DNA from: a virus | Strand: one strand, 5' to 3' | IMG/VR virus record: IMGVR_UViG_3300026183_000930 | Coordinates: 32,001 to 96,000 of that record | Length of the DNA stretch: 64,000 nucleotides | In this document: piece after piece, positions 18,273-27,119 of the stretch | Layout of the letters: every line of letters begins with the position of its first letter | Position numbering within the stretch: the first letter of the stretch is position 1 | The notes under the pieces: generated by a model | Database searches by the model: none | Seen by the model: only the letters and a program-made list of their open reading frames with translations | What the model was told of the DNA's origin: nothing | Made by a program: the position numbers and the translations under genes

Positions 18273-18587
18273 ATGGACAGGAACAAAATAGAACAGTTAG
18301 AAGAAAGACTTGATGAACTTGAAACAAAACTTGACGACATCATGTCTGTGCTGGAAATGGATAATGAGCATGATGATTACGAGTACGAAAATGATGAGCA
18401 TGACAATGAAGATGAAATTTGTGAAGATTGTTATGAGGCTCCATGTGCTTGTTACAACCATGATGATGAAGACAACGATTTTGAAGATGATGAAGATGAG
18501 GACGAAGAATACGTAGACGAAAACGATTGGGATTCATCTAATGATGATGAAGACGAAGATGAATATGACGACGAAAATGACAAATAA
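18273..18587 (+). CDS. Extremely acidic protein with N-terminal coiled coil and CxxC..CxC
   Basis: 104 aa, long Asp/Glu runs, RBS AGGAGA. Confidence 0.7.
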   Translation: MDRNKIEQLEERLDELETKLDDIMSVLEMDNEHDDYEYENDEHDNEDEICEDCYEAPCACYNHDDEDNDFEDDEDEDEEYVDENDWDSSNDDEDEDEYDDENDK

Positions 18588-18666
18588 ATCACTTATTACT
18601 AGGTCAGCATAGTTTCTATGCTGACTATAGTAAAACATTATAAAAATTAATAATATTAATTAACTG

Positions 18667-18695
18667 TTGACACCCTTGTAAATTTAATATACTAT
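18667..18695 (+). promoter_or_regulatory. Sigma70-type promoter
   Basis: TTGACA-N17-TACTAT. Confidence 0.6.
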
Positions 18696-18722
18696 GTAAC
18701 AAATACAAGGTAAATATGAATT

Positions 18723-19277
18723 ATGTTGTGGTATAAAAAATTCAAAATAAGTATGCCTCAGGATTTGAAAAACGTTTGTAAAACTTACATAACTCAATTT
18801 GATCATGAACCTTTTTGGACATACAAATCAGTGGCTGATTCTAAATTATGGACAGTGCCACCACTAGGACCAAACAGAGTCAGAATGTACGATATTGTTC
18901 CAAATGAAACATTAGAACAATTTGAAAAAATGAGAAAACTAGTGACTGACATTTCTATGCTAGATGTTGAAGATAAGTTACCAGTCACTACCTTATGGGA
19001 ATATGACGAAAAGTTTACTCATTGCCCAGTACACATTGACCACGGAGGAGAACACACAGGATCATTAATAAACTCTATATCAGGCAATTTTAAACTGCAT
19101 TTGCATTCCAAAGACAAACAAGATGCACCTATTATAGATACAGTTGATGTAGATGAGTCAACTCTACTTGCATTAAATAACACTGAATTTCCACATTCAG
19201 TTGAAGGACAAGGATTACTGTTGGTGTTTGGCACAGATAAAAAAATAAATCCACAGGAGTATTTTGCAGATGTATGA
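18723..19277 (+). CDS. Putative cupin/2OG-Fe(II) oxygenase-like protein
   Basis: HxD (HID) plus distal His (PHSV). Confidence 0.5.
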   Translation: MLWYKKFKISMPQDLKNVCKTYITQFDHEPFWTYKSVADSKLWTVPPLGPNRVRMYDIVPNETLEQFEKMRKLVTDISMLDVEDKLPVTTLWEYDEKFTHCPVHIDHGGEHTGSLINSISGNFKLHLHSKDKQDAPIIDTVDVDESTLLALNNTEFPHSVEGQGLLLVFGTDKKINPQEYFADV

Positions 19278-19779
19278 TTTAGAAAATTACAATTGGTGTC
19301 ATGTACAAGATTATAACGTTGAACAATTTGACTTGCCAACATTTATAGATGCCAACAAACAAACATCAGATGGCACATGGTGGAACATATACGAAAGCAG
19401 AGAACAATTCAGCGAACACACAGCTCAATTGAGAAAAGAATTAGAAACTATGTTTGATGATGAATTTCCATACATGGGAGTATGGGATTACTATCCAGGG
19501 TTTGTTGATATTCAAGGACCACACTTTGATAAAGGCAATTTAGAAAATGCAGTTATTTTTATGGTACCAAGGGGTGAACTTACAGTCACACTGCATGATC
19601 CAGAAAACAAAGAAGTACTTGATTCTAAAACACTGTCTGGTAATAACATAATGGTGTTACATCATACAAAGTTCATGCACGATGTCAAAGGAGTTGGTGA
19701 ACTAGTAGTTTTTGGATTATCTAAAAAGTTTGACACAGAAAAGTTTTTTAAAAAAGACAAACTGTCTTTTGAAAAGTAG
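19270..19779 (+). CDS. Putative cupin/2OG-Fe(II) oxygenase-like protein, paralog of upstream ORF
   Basis: HFD plus MHDV; shares W.Y, LH, G.L.VFG..KK pattern with upstream ORF. Confidence 0.5.
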   Translation: MYDLENYNWCHVQDYNVEQFDLPTFIDANKQTSDGTWWNIYESREQFSEHTAQLRKELETMFDDEFPYMGVWDYYPGFVDIQGPHFDKGNLENAVIFMVPRGELTVTLHDPENKEVLDSKTLSGNNIMVLHHTKFMHDVKGVGELVVFGLSKKFDTEKFFKKDKLSFEK

Positions 19780-19798
19780 TAAACAGTTAGGCATATAA

Positions 19799-20662
19799 AT
19801 GCAAACAATTAACATACCAATAATAGATGATGTGTACAGTGTTCTAGAACAACAAAAATACATGTTGCCTTACGACAAAGGTCAAGCACTCAAAGAACTA
19901 GAATCAGTTGAAACTGCTCACAGAAAATGGGTCAATGAAATTGTCGATCTATCAGACTTTCCACACTGTTACTTTGTTAATGGTCTAGAAGATGCTATAC
20001 ATCATTGGAAACTTACAGAAACACGACCATGGCAAAAACTTGAAGGCGAATATGACTATCCTGATACTATAGGTGAATCAGCCACAGTGTGTTGTGATGT
20101 GCCAGGACAGTATATGAATCAAGAACTTGGCAGATCAGCCATACCTGCAGATGTTAAAAATGATAGACCTTTGTATCTATCAATACCTTCTCATGCAGAT
20201 GGAAATTTTTTTAGTCCTAAGCCAATCAATGCTCCAGTGATACTTGATTGTTCCTTTGTTGGATCCACAAATATTCAAACAATAAATGTTCCAAAAAACA
20301 CTGAACAAGTTTTCTTTGATTTCACAAGAGGGTTTGGAAAAGTTGTACAAGGTATTGGTTTGGTTTATACCAAACAGCCACATGCTTCATTGGAGAAACT
20401 AAAAGAATTGGAAAATTGGAATTACATTGGTGTAAAAATAATTAATTCATTAATATCTAACTTTGCAGTAGATGAAATGTGGAACAGACACAAAGACCAA
20501 CAATTTAAAATTTGCAATGATCATAATATCAAACCGGCTGATTGCTTTTACATGGCAACATCAAGACATGAAGATTATAAAAATCATAGACTAATGAGAT
20601 GGAACGACACTGCAAAAATTTGCATCACCTCATTGTTTGATAAATATAATAAACGGAGATAA
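19799..20662 (+). CDS. Hypothetical protein, possibly a degenerate PLP-transferase-like fold
   Basis: FVNG..DAI, LSIPS..DGN, ILDCSF; no clear catalytic Lys. Confidence 0.4.
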   Translation: MQTINIPIIDDVYSVLEQQKYMLPYDKGQALKELESVETAHRKWVNEIVDLSDFPHCYFVNGLEDAIHHWKLTETRPWQKLEGEYDYPDTIGESATVCCDVPGQYMNQELGRSAIPADVKNDRPLYLSIPSHADGNFFSPKPINAPVILDCSFVGSTNIQTINVPKNTEQVFFDFTRGFGKVVQGIGLVYTKQPHASLEKLKELENWNYIGVKIINSLISNFAVDEMWNRHKDQQFKICNDHNIKPADCFYMATSRHEDYKNHRLMRWNDTAKICITSLFDKYNKRR

Positions 20663-20670
20663 AAATAAAA

Positions 20671-21543
20671 ATGAACAAACAGATACTAGATTATACAAAT
20701 GAAGAATTTACACAATTGGTAAATCAAATTGTGGACAAAGGTTCTATAGTATTACACGATCAAAATTTAACTAGACAACAACTTGCTGAAGTTTGTGCTA
20801 GAATGGGAGAAGTTGAAGAATTAGATTACTTTATGAATCCAAAAGATTCTCCACAGATCAGTATTGTGTCTGGTAAAGTTGTTGATGGTAAACCAATTGG
20901 TATGTTTGGTCCAACGGAATTAGAATGGCATGCCAACGGAACTGGTAGATACAACTTCAAAGAAATCTGTGTAAGTTTATATTGTGTTGAAGAATGTGTT
21001 GACACTGTGCTTTCTATTGTGGATCAGAAAAAAGCATTTGAAGAACTGTCAGAAGAAGATAAGAATTATTATCGTAATATAGACATACACTTGAATAATG
21101 AAAAAGGTGTGGCACCATCAATATGGAGAGACGATGGAATCTATTCAAAAGCATACAAAACAGTAGGCGAAGAAAGTTTTAGACAAGGTAAAGAACATTA
21201 CAAAGAAACAATTGATAGACGACCATTAGTTGCAAAACATCCTGTTGACGGCAAAGAATATTTTTATCCAATGTTCATATATCTTTACAAAGCATTCTAC
21301 AGAGATGGCAATGGTGCAGAAGTAGAAGACTTTGAAGCATTTAAAAATAAACTATACAATGTAATCACAAGATCAAAATATATGGTACACCATGTGTTTA
21401 GAAAAGGTGACCTGTTGTTTATGGATCAATTGTTAACTAGTCACAGAAGAAGTGCTGTCAAAAACAAAGATAGACAGTTGTGGAGAACAGCATTTGATTA
21501 TTCTAAATCAGTTACTGACTATAAACCAGTTATTTTTGAATAA
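20671..21543 (+). CDS. TauD/TfdA family dioxygenase-like protein
   Basis: LEWHANG, PLVAKHPVDG, GDLLFMDQ..SHRR, RQLWR. Confidence 0.8.
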   Translation: MNKQILDYTNEEFTQLVNQIVDKGSIVLHDQNLTRQQLAEVCARMGEVEELDYFMNPKDSPQISIVSGKVVDGKPIGMFGPTELEWHANGTGRYNFKEICVSLYCVEECVDTVLSIVDQKKAFEELSEEDKNYYRNIDIHLNNEKGVAPSIWRDDGIYSKAYKTVGEESFRQGKEHYKETIDRRPLVAKHPVDGKEYFYPMFIYLYKAFYRDGNGAEVEDFEAFKNKLYNVITRSKYMVHHVFRKGDLLFMDQLLTSHRRSAVKNKDRQLWRTAFDYSKSVTDYKPVIFE

Positions 21544-21549
21544 AATTAA

Positions 21550-21858
21550 TTAATCTTTATTAAGAATTCTACTAACGTTAGTTTCAACAACACGTTTGAG
21601 TTTTTCAATGTCAAGATAGATTTCAACATCTTTTGTGTTTTCCCAAAGTTTTGAAATTTCTTGATAGTTGACAACTCCTACATTAGGAGAAACTCCCTGT
21701 ATTTCTTCATTGGTTAAATCTTTGTGATCTCCGTTACTGTAAATTACTCTAACTCCTTTCACAAAACCAATAGGAACTTCTTGCGGGAATATTTCTCCTA
21801 ACAATTTATCAAATTCACCAGTGTCTTTATCTGGATCTGATGCTTTAAATTTACGCAT
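21550..21858 (-). CDS. Hypothetical protein
   Basis: 102-aa ORF. Confidence 0.6.
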   Translation of the reverse strand: MRKFKASDPDKDTGEFDKLLGEIFPQEVPIGFVKGVRVIYSNGDHKDLTNEEIQGVSPNVGVVNYQEISKLWENTKDVEIYLDIEKLKRVVETNVSRILNKD

Positions 21859-22468
21859 TAGATTTTTCTTTTAGTAGTGGTGATGCAGGTGCACCTGATT
21901 TTGGTCTACCTCTAGGTCTTTTTGTTTCGTCATTTATACCTGGTGATATTGATTCTGCTTGAGCTCTTTTCTTTCTTGCATCTTCTTCCATTAGTTGTGC
22001 TTGAATGATAAGATTTCTAGCCTGACCTTTTCTTTCTTGTTCTTCAGTTAGTTCACCTTGAGGCGCACTAGGTCTCTGTAACTCTGCCACATCCGGTGAT
22101 GGTGCTAACGCTTCAGTGACATTTTTTAAATTTGTGTTGTGCTCTACTAGAGTGATTTCTTTGTTTGGTGCTGGTGTCAATACAATTTCTTCAACTGGTA
22201 CTTTAGTTAACCAGTTTTTTCTATGAAGTGTTTGTAAAATGCTTTCACCATCAAAGAAGTATTTTCTATTTAGAACATCATAACAATCATTGTTTGCCTG
22301 TGCTTCAAGTGATTCAATTGCACTCATTAGTCCGTCATGATATCTGTCTAACAGAGTTCCTGTGTCAACCACAAGAGCATTAGCAGTATCATTTGGAACT
22401 TCTCTAAAGACTACAACATACTTTCTTTTTGATTTAGAGTTGTAACCTAAATGTTTCAAATGGGCCAT
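21851..22468 (-). CDS. Hypothetical phage protein (start MAHLKH)
   Basis: RBS AGGAGA before 22468; C-terminal RGRPK. Confidence 0.7.
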   Translation of the reverse strand: MAHLKHLGYNSKSKRKYVVVFREVPNDTANALVVDTGTLLDRYHDGLMSAIESLEAQANNDCYDVLNRKYFFDGESILQTLHRKNWLTKVPVEEIVLTPAPNKEITLVEHNTNLKNVTEALAPSPDVAELQRPSAPQGELTEEQERKGQARNLIIQAQLMEEDARKKRAQAESISPGINDETKRPRGRPKSGAPASPLLKEKSNA

Positions 22469-22469
22469 A

Positions 22470-22832
22470 TTATTCTCCTTGTTTTGTCTCAGTAGAAGCT
22501 GGTGCTTCTGCTGGTGCAGGTGCAGATGTTTCTGCTGGTGCTTCTGCTGGTGCAGGTGCAGATGTTTCTGCTGGTGCTTCTGCTGGTGTTGTTTCACCCT
22601 GTGCTTTGGCTTCTGCTTCTGCTTTTGCTTTTTGTTGATCAGCAATCATTTTTAAAAATTTAGCAAATTTGTCAGCAACTGCTCCGACTTGTGAAAGTTC
22701 ATTGGCTCTGAAAGCACCTCTTGATGATGCTAAATCTACAATGTTAAGCATTGATTGTACATCAGCAATTTGAATACCTGTAGGTTCTGTTGGAGCCTGT
22801 TGTGTTTCTTGATTAGTAACTACTTCAGTCAT
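22470..22832 (-). CDS. Hypothetical protein with Pro/Ala/Glu tail
   Basis: RBS AAGGAGA; SRGAFRANEL motif. Confidence 0.7.
   Translation of the reverse strand: MTEVVTNQETQQAPTEPTGIQIADVQSMLNIVDLASSRGAFRANELSQVGAVADKFAKFLKMIADQQKAKAEAEAKAQGETTPAEAPAETSAPAPAEAPAETSAPAPAEAPASTETKQGE
22498..22588. repeat. 36-bp coding tandem repeat (about 2.5 copies; PAEAPAETSAPA)
   Basis: GCTGGTGCTTCTGCTGGTGCAGGTGCAGATGTTTCT repeated. Confidence 0.85.
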
Positions 22833-23026
22833 TTATTATTTCTCCTTATTAATTTTTAATTAAAACACATTTTAATTGATACTTTTATTTATCATCTAAA
22901 AAGATCTTTTATTATTTTATAATCAAATACTACATGATTTTAAAATATAAGTCAACTTTTTAATACAACTTTTAGAAATCAATAACACAGTTGTTATGCT
23001 TTTACAAGTTCTCCGTAAATATTTTT

Positions 23027-23518
23027 ATGAGAAAACTACTCTTAACCTTATTCTTGTTGTGCTTTTTACCATTTAATTCATTTGCTGAAAACCACGAAGC
23101 CGAACTTGAAAAACAACTTGAGATACAAGAAAAGATCACAAGCATAAGAGACCTTACATCTTGTGGAGTTCTATACTACAATCTCAGTTTATATTTTGCT
23201 GTTGCACACAGTATAGGTGTAGAGTTTAACCACGATCCACAATTACTGGAAACTTATAAAACCATACACCAAAACGCATTTACAAAACACAAACAGTTTA
23301 GTGACAAAAATTTTGAAGTGTATTCTGAATTGATTGCAATGGGTGTTCCAGAAACATTTGCATCTCAACCAGGATATGCTGGACAACGAATGGCCATTGA
23401 CAGTATCACTGCTATGACCAAAAGTCTAACTGAAGACATATCAAAAGGTAATACCTTTCTTACAGGCTTGTTAGATGTTTCAGATACTTGTGATCAAATC
23501 CTATTAGAACTAGACTGA
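23027..23518 (+). CDS. Secreted hypothetical protein
   Basis: Signal peptide MRKLLLTLFLLCFLPFNSFA; GTAAATA-N5-ATG. Confidence 0.65.
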   Translation: MRKLLLTLFLLCFLPFNSFAENHEAELEKQLEIQEKITSIRDLTSCGVLYYNLSLYFAVAHSIGVEFNHDPQLLETYKTIHQNAFTKHKQFSDKNFEVYSELIAMGVPETFASQPGYAGQRMAIDSITAMTKSLTEDISKGNTFLTGLLDVSDTCDQILLELD

Positions 23519-24729
23519 TCTTCTTCGTAATGACAAGTTACACCAAACGGTGCTTGTAACTCTTTGTCATAATTGCTATGTATAACCCAAAGTGTGTCAC
23601 AGTAATTTGGGTCACCCCATGACCCCCAAGGATAACCATCTGTGAACACAATCAGTTTCTTAGGTTCAATGCCTTGTTCTTTCATAAATGTCCAATTGGC
23701 ATCAAACTCTGTTCCACCAAATCCTTGTGGTTGATATGTGGTGATATCTCTGTCTGGTGTAAACACTTCTGGATTATGAACTTCTGTGTCAAAACTCCAA
23801 ACATGAATCTTGTAATCAGTGTACTGATCCATAATACTTTTGACTTCACTAAAAAACACATTCAATTGTCTTTCACTAATTGATCCTGATGTGTCTACTG
23901 CTACACAGATATCAATAGTTTCTGAATTTTTAAGTCCAGGAAATATTGCATCAGTGTGCCAAGACTTTCTGCTGGGTTTCATAAAAGTAAAGTCATCTTT
24001 GATCACTGAAGTTATCTGCTGATCCAACATAGATTTCCAATCCAGTTTGGGTTCAGTTAAATCTTTGATCATTCTTTCAACACTTTTAGGAACATTACCT
24101 GCACCGGCAATCTGAGCTGAATTCAACATTGCATTTTTAACTTCATCTTTGATCTGATCTTTTTCTTCTTTGGTCAAAGCCTTAGGACCTTTTTGGTTGC
24201 CAGGTGCATTTGCAGATCCTGAGTCTTTTTGTTTTTCCATTTCTTCAATCAACTTGTCTATGTGCATGTCAAGAGTTTCTTGTTTTTCTACTTGACGAGC
24301 ATACAGGTCTTCATAAATTTCTTCTGTGTATTTGTCACTGTATGAAGGATCCCATAATCCCACTTCAGGCATTTTACCAATGTGCTGATTTTTAAGATCA
24401 TCATTGATCACATAGTCACCTGCCATGTTCCAATACTGTGGATCCCTTGTGGCACGTCTATCAAAGTGATCATAAACACAGTGCATCACTTCATGAGCAA
24501 TCACAAAGTCCAATTCATCATCTGAAAGAGCACCAAGAAAATTTTTGTTATAATAAAGATGTTTGCCATCAGTGGCCGCAGTAGGGCACCATTCTGTTCC
24601 ATCTTTGACAATAAGCCTTGTGGCCATATTACCAAAGAAAGCATGATTCATCAACAGTCTAACACGTGATTGAACTATTCGTTTTTTAACTTCATCACTG
24701 TCAAATTCTTTTACTTTTTTTTCTGCCAT
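23494..24729 (-). CDS. DUF2201-type metallopeptidase plus VWA domain protein
   Basis: TAATDG, HEVMH, DTSGS, GGT, FTDG. Confidence 0.88.
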   Translation of the reverse strand: MAEKKVKEFDSDEVKKRIVQSRVRLLMNHAFFGNMATRLIVKDGTEWCPTAATDGKHLYYNKNFLGALSDDELDFVIAHEVMHCVYDHFDRRATRDPQYWNMAGDYVINDDLKNQHIGKMPEVGLWDPSYSDKYTEEIYEDLYARQVEKQETLDMHIDKLIEEMEKQKDSGSANAPGNQKGPKALTKEEKDQIKDEVKNAMLNSAQIAGAGNVPKSVERMIKDLTEPKLDWKSMLDQQITSVIKDDFTFMKPSRKSWHTDAIFPGLKNSETIDICVAVDTSGSISERQLNVFFSEVKSIMDQYTDYKIHVWSFDTEVHNPEVFTPDRDITTYQPQGFGGTEFDANWTFMKEQGIEPKKLIVFTDGYPWGSWGDPNYCDTLWVIHSNYDKELQAPFGVTCHYEEDQSSSNRI

Positions 24730-24734
24730 AACCA

Positions 24735-24839
24735 TTACAGTACCAACCCTGCCAATATTGCTAAAGTAAATCCAAATACTAACCAACCTGCTATGTAACC
24801 TGTACCAAATGCAAGTATTCTTTTTATTAAGTGTATCAT
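24735..24839 (-). CDS. 34-aa hydrophobic peptide MIHLIKRILAFGTGYIAGWLVFGFTLAILAGLVL (not in ORF track)
   Basis: RBS AAGGAGAG; promoter at 24864-24891. Confidence 0.55.
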   Translation of the reverse strand: MIHLIKRILAFGTGYIAGWLVFGFTLAILAGLVL

Positions 24840-24863
24840 TCTGCTCTCCTTGTTATATTATAT

Positions 24864-24891
24864 ATAATAGCACAAAATTGGATTCTGTCAA
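24864..24891 (-). promoter_or_regulatory. Sigma70-type promoter
   Basis: TTGACA...TGCTATTAT. Confidence 0.65.
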
Positions 24892-25027
24892 CCTCTAAAA
24901 ATCGCTTAAATTTGCTTTTTAAACAGGGTTTTAATTTAGGGTGTTCAAATGTACTAAAAACAAAAAGACCCCGCTTAAAAGACCTTAAAATGCGTTTAAA
25001 CCAGGTTTTTTCTGGGTGTTTAGTCAT

Positions 25028-25054
25028 AAAAAAAGGAACAGTAATGTTCCTTTT
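25028..25054 (-). terminator. Terminator after AAA ATPase
   Basis: AAAAGGAACA-TTAC-TGTTCCTTTTTTT. Confidence 0.75.
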
Positions 25055-25075
25055 AATATCCTTTGTAGAAAGGGC

Positions 25076-25124
25076 GGAAAGCCTACTTATTTGATAAGAG
25101 CAGAGAGAGGTAAGCAGGCTCTCC
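25076..25124 (-). promoter_or_regulatory. 3'-UTR hairpin whose loop is antisense to the AAA ATPase RBS
   Basis: 14-bp stem, 21-nt C/U-rich loop; 14/15 complement to leader 26219-26233. Confidence 0.6.
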
Positions 25125-25130
25125 ATATGT

Positions 25131-26213
25131 TTACGCCTCTGTAATTAGAGAGCCGTATCTTTTGTAAAAGTCATCAAAACTAGACAACTTTTTAGGGTTA
25201 AATGGTAGACTGTAAGTCTTAAGAGCAGTTCTGGCTCCTAACACTACCATTTCAGTTTCAAAGTTATTCATCATAAACTTTAAGAAACAGTCTGCCATTT
25301 TATGCCAGTCATCCATCTTTTTGGATTTCTGAGCATTTTCACACTCACCTTTTAACTCATAACACATTGAAGTGATCAGAGTGTACATAGCACTAATCTC
25401 TTTTGTCTTTAGAGATTTCACTTTGCCTTTTAGAATTTCTGATGGATTTGGAAGATCCCCAGAAATCTTTCTGTGAGCCTGAAACTTGGTTGCAAGACCT
25501 TCACCAACAGCACCAGAAATAATATCTGTCATCTGTACAGTTGGCATTTCGTCATCTATCACTTCAGAAACGAAACTCCATGATCTTGGTGTTGCAAAAC
25601 CTCTTGAACTTGATGATGGATCAAAATCATATAAGTCTTGTTTTGCAAATGTTAAATAACCTACAACTTCAGGATGAATTTGGTTTTCTGTAGCCCATAC
25701 TAACCAATCATCAAAGTTAGGTTCCATTTCAATATGAATTACCCTGTTTGCAAGTGGACTAGGCATTCTGTAAGTAACACCTTTGTCACTTTCTCTGTTA
25801 CCGGCCGCCACTACTGACACACCTTTGGGCAACACATAAGTACCAATTCTTCTGTTAAGAATCAACTGATACGCCGCCGCCTGGGTAGCCATTGGAGCCG
25901 CATTTAATTCGTCCAAAAACAATATGGCTGTGCTTTTAGGATCTGAAGGTAGATCAACTGGTGGTGCCCAATCCATTTTGTTTTGTGATTTGTTGTAATA
26001 TGGAATACCTCTAAGATCAGTAGGTTCCATAAGAAGCAAACGTAGATCAATAACTTCACGATCAAGTTTTTGACCTATCTGTGCAATGATATCTGATTTA
26101 CCAATACCTGGAGGTCCCCATATCATTACTGGTCGTTGCTTTTTGATTAGATGCTCTACTTCTGCTATTGCATCTGATGGTCTAGTAGTTCTGTGTGTAC
26201 TAACTTTTGACAT
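25131..26213 (-). CDS. MoxR/CbbQ-like AAA+ ATPase
   Basis: GPPGIGKS, LFLDELN, AAGNR, TPRSW; adjacent to VWA partner. Confidence 0.9.
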   Translation of the reverse strand: MSKVSTHRTTRPSDAIAEVEHLIKKQRPVMIWGPPGIGKSDIIAQIGQKLDREVIDLRLLLMEPTDLRGIPYYNKSQNKMDWAPPVDLPSDPKSTAILFLDELNAAPMATQAAAYQLILNRRIGTYVLPKGVSVVAAGNRESDKGVTYRMPSPLANRVIHIEMEPNFDDWLVWATENQIHPEVVGYLTFAKQDLYDFDPSSSSRGFATPRSWSFVSEVIDDEMPTVQMTDIISGAVGEGLATKFQAHRKISGDLPNPSEILKGKVKSLKTKEISAMYTLITSMCYELKGECENAQKSKKMDDWHKMADCFLKFMMNNFETEMVVLGARTALKTYSLPFNPKKLSSFDDFYKRYGSLITEA

Positions 26214-26254
26214 TTGTTTTACCTCTTTCTGCTTTTGTTAAACTCTATATTGTA

Positions 26255-26282
26255 ATAATAACACAAAACAGAATTCTGTCAA
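26255..26282 (-). promoter_or_regulatory. Sigma70-type promoter
   Basis: TTGACA...TGTTATTAT. Confidence 0.65.
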
Positions 26283-26333
26283 CCAGAAAAATACTGTAAA
26301 AAAATGTTGATTTTGCTAGGTTTTTAAAGAAAA

Positions 26334-26771
26334 TTAAAATTTTTCTTCTGGTAAAGAGGGAGGTTCTTGGTAGTTTTCGTCTATGTATCTTGCTCTGGCC
26401 CATTTGTCAAGATCGCCATCTTGTAGTTTTATATCCAAAGAATCCTTGCCATTGAACAATATCAATTGTTTATTGTCTAAATAATAAGGATAGTTTAGTT
26501 CTCGTTCAAGATATTTGATGTGTACATTTTTGACTTGGAAACCCTGTTTCAAAGGTATAACATAAGTTTTAAACATTGTCTTCAATTCAAACAAACCTGC
26601 TTTGTTTATTCTAAGACTGTTTCTTGCATTGTATTCGTTGTGCCAAATCAAAGGTGCATCTGAATCACCATAATATGGAATATCTTGTTGTTTTTTGATT
26701 GCTTGATCAACAATGCTGTTTCGTTGTTTGAGTAATAGATTAATTACTGTCTGACGATTTAGTTTGCTCAT
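26334..26771 (-). CDS. Hypothetical protein
   Basis: 145-aa ORF. Confidence 0.65.
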   Translation of the reverse strand: MSKLNRQTVINLLLKQRNSIVDQAIKKQQDIPYYGDSDAPLIWHNEYNARNSLRINKAGLFELKTMFKTYVIPLKQGFQVKNVHIKYLERELNYPYYLDNKQLILFNGKDSLDIKLQDGDLDKWARARYIDENYQEPPSLPEEKF

Positions 26772-27063
26772 CTTGTTGTTCTGTTATAACTTTTCCAGAA
26801 GTAAGTTTTACCACTTGAAAATCTTTGCAATTAAATCGTTTGTTTAATCTTTCAGCAAGATTAAAAGCATGACCTGAATTTGAAAAGGATACTTTTTTGT
26901 ATTTTGGTCCTGGGTAATTTACCAAAGTATTCATACTTCTTAAATTAATAGGTTTACCTTGATAGAACACAGAATAGATTGCATCCGCTTTCAATACTTG
27001 CTCTGCTTTGTACGACTTTGGATTTGTGTATTCTAGTATTATGTCTGGTTTAGGTCTGCTCAT
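26740..27063 (-). CDS. Hypothetical phage protein
   Basis: MSRPKP..., PKYKKVSFSNSGHAFNLA. Confidence 0.7.
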   Translation of the reverse strand: MSRPKPDIILEYTNPKSYKAEQVLKADAIYSVFYQGKPINLRSMNTLVNYPGPKYKKVSFSNSGHAFNLAERLNKRFNCKDFQVVKLTSGKVITEQQDEQTKSSDSN

Positions 27064-27119
27064 TTGTGTGTTCCATTTCTGTTATATACGTATATTATTT
27101 ATCATAATTTAATAGAAAA

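Noticed and set aside
22469-22645. Q/H-rich N-terminal extension of ORF 21851..22645
   Set aside because: Alternate-frame reading of the PAEAP repeat of the upstream gene; the real start has an RBS at 22468.
24831-25126. ORFs 24831..25094(+) and 24836..25126(-)
   Set aside because: They span a promoter, phased A-tracts, a terminator and a regulatory hairpin; likely spurious.
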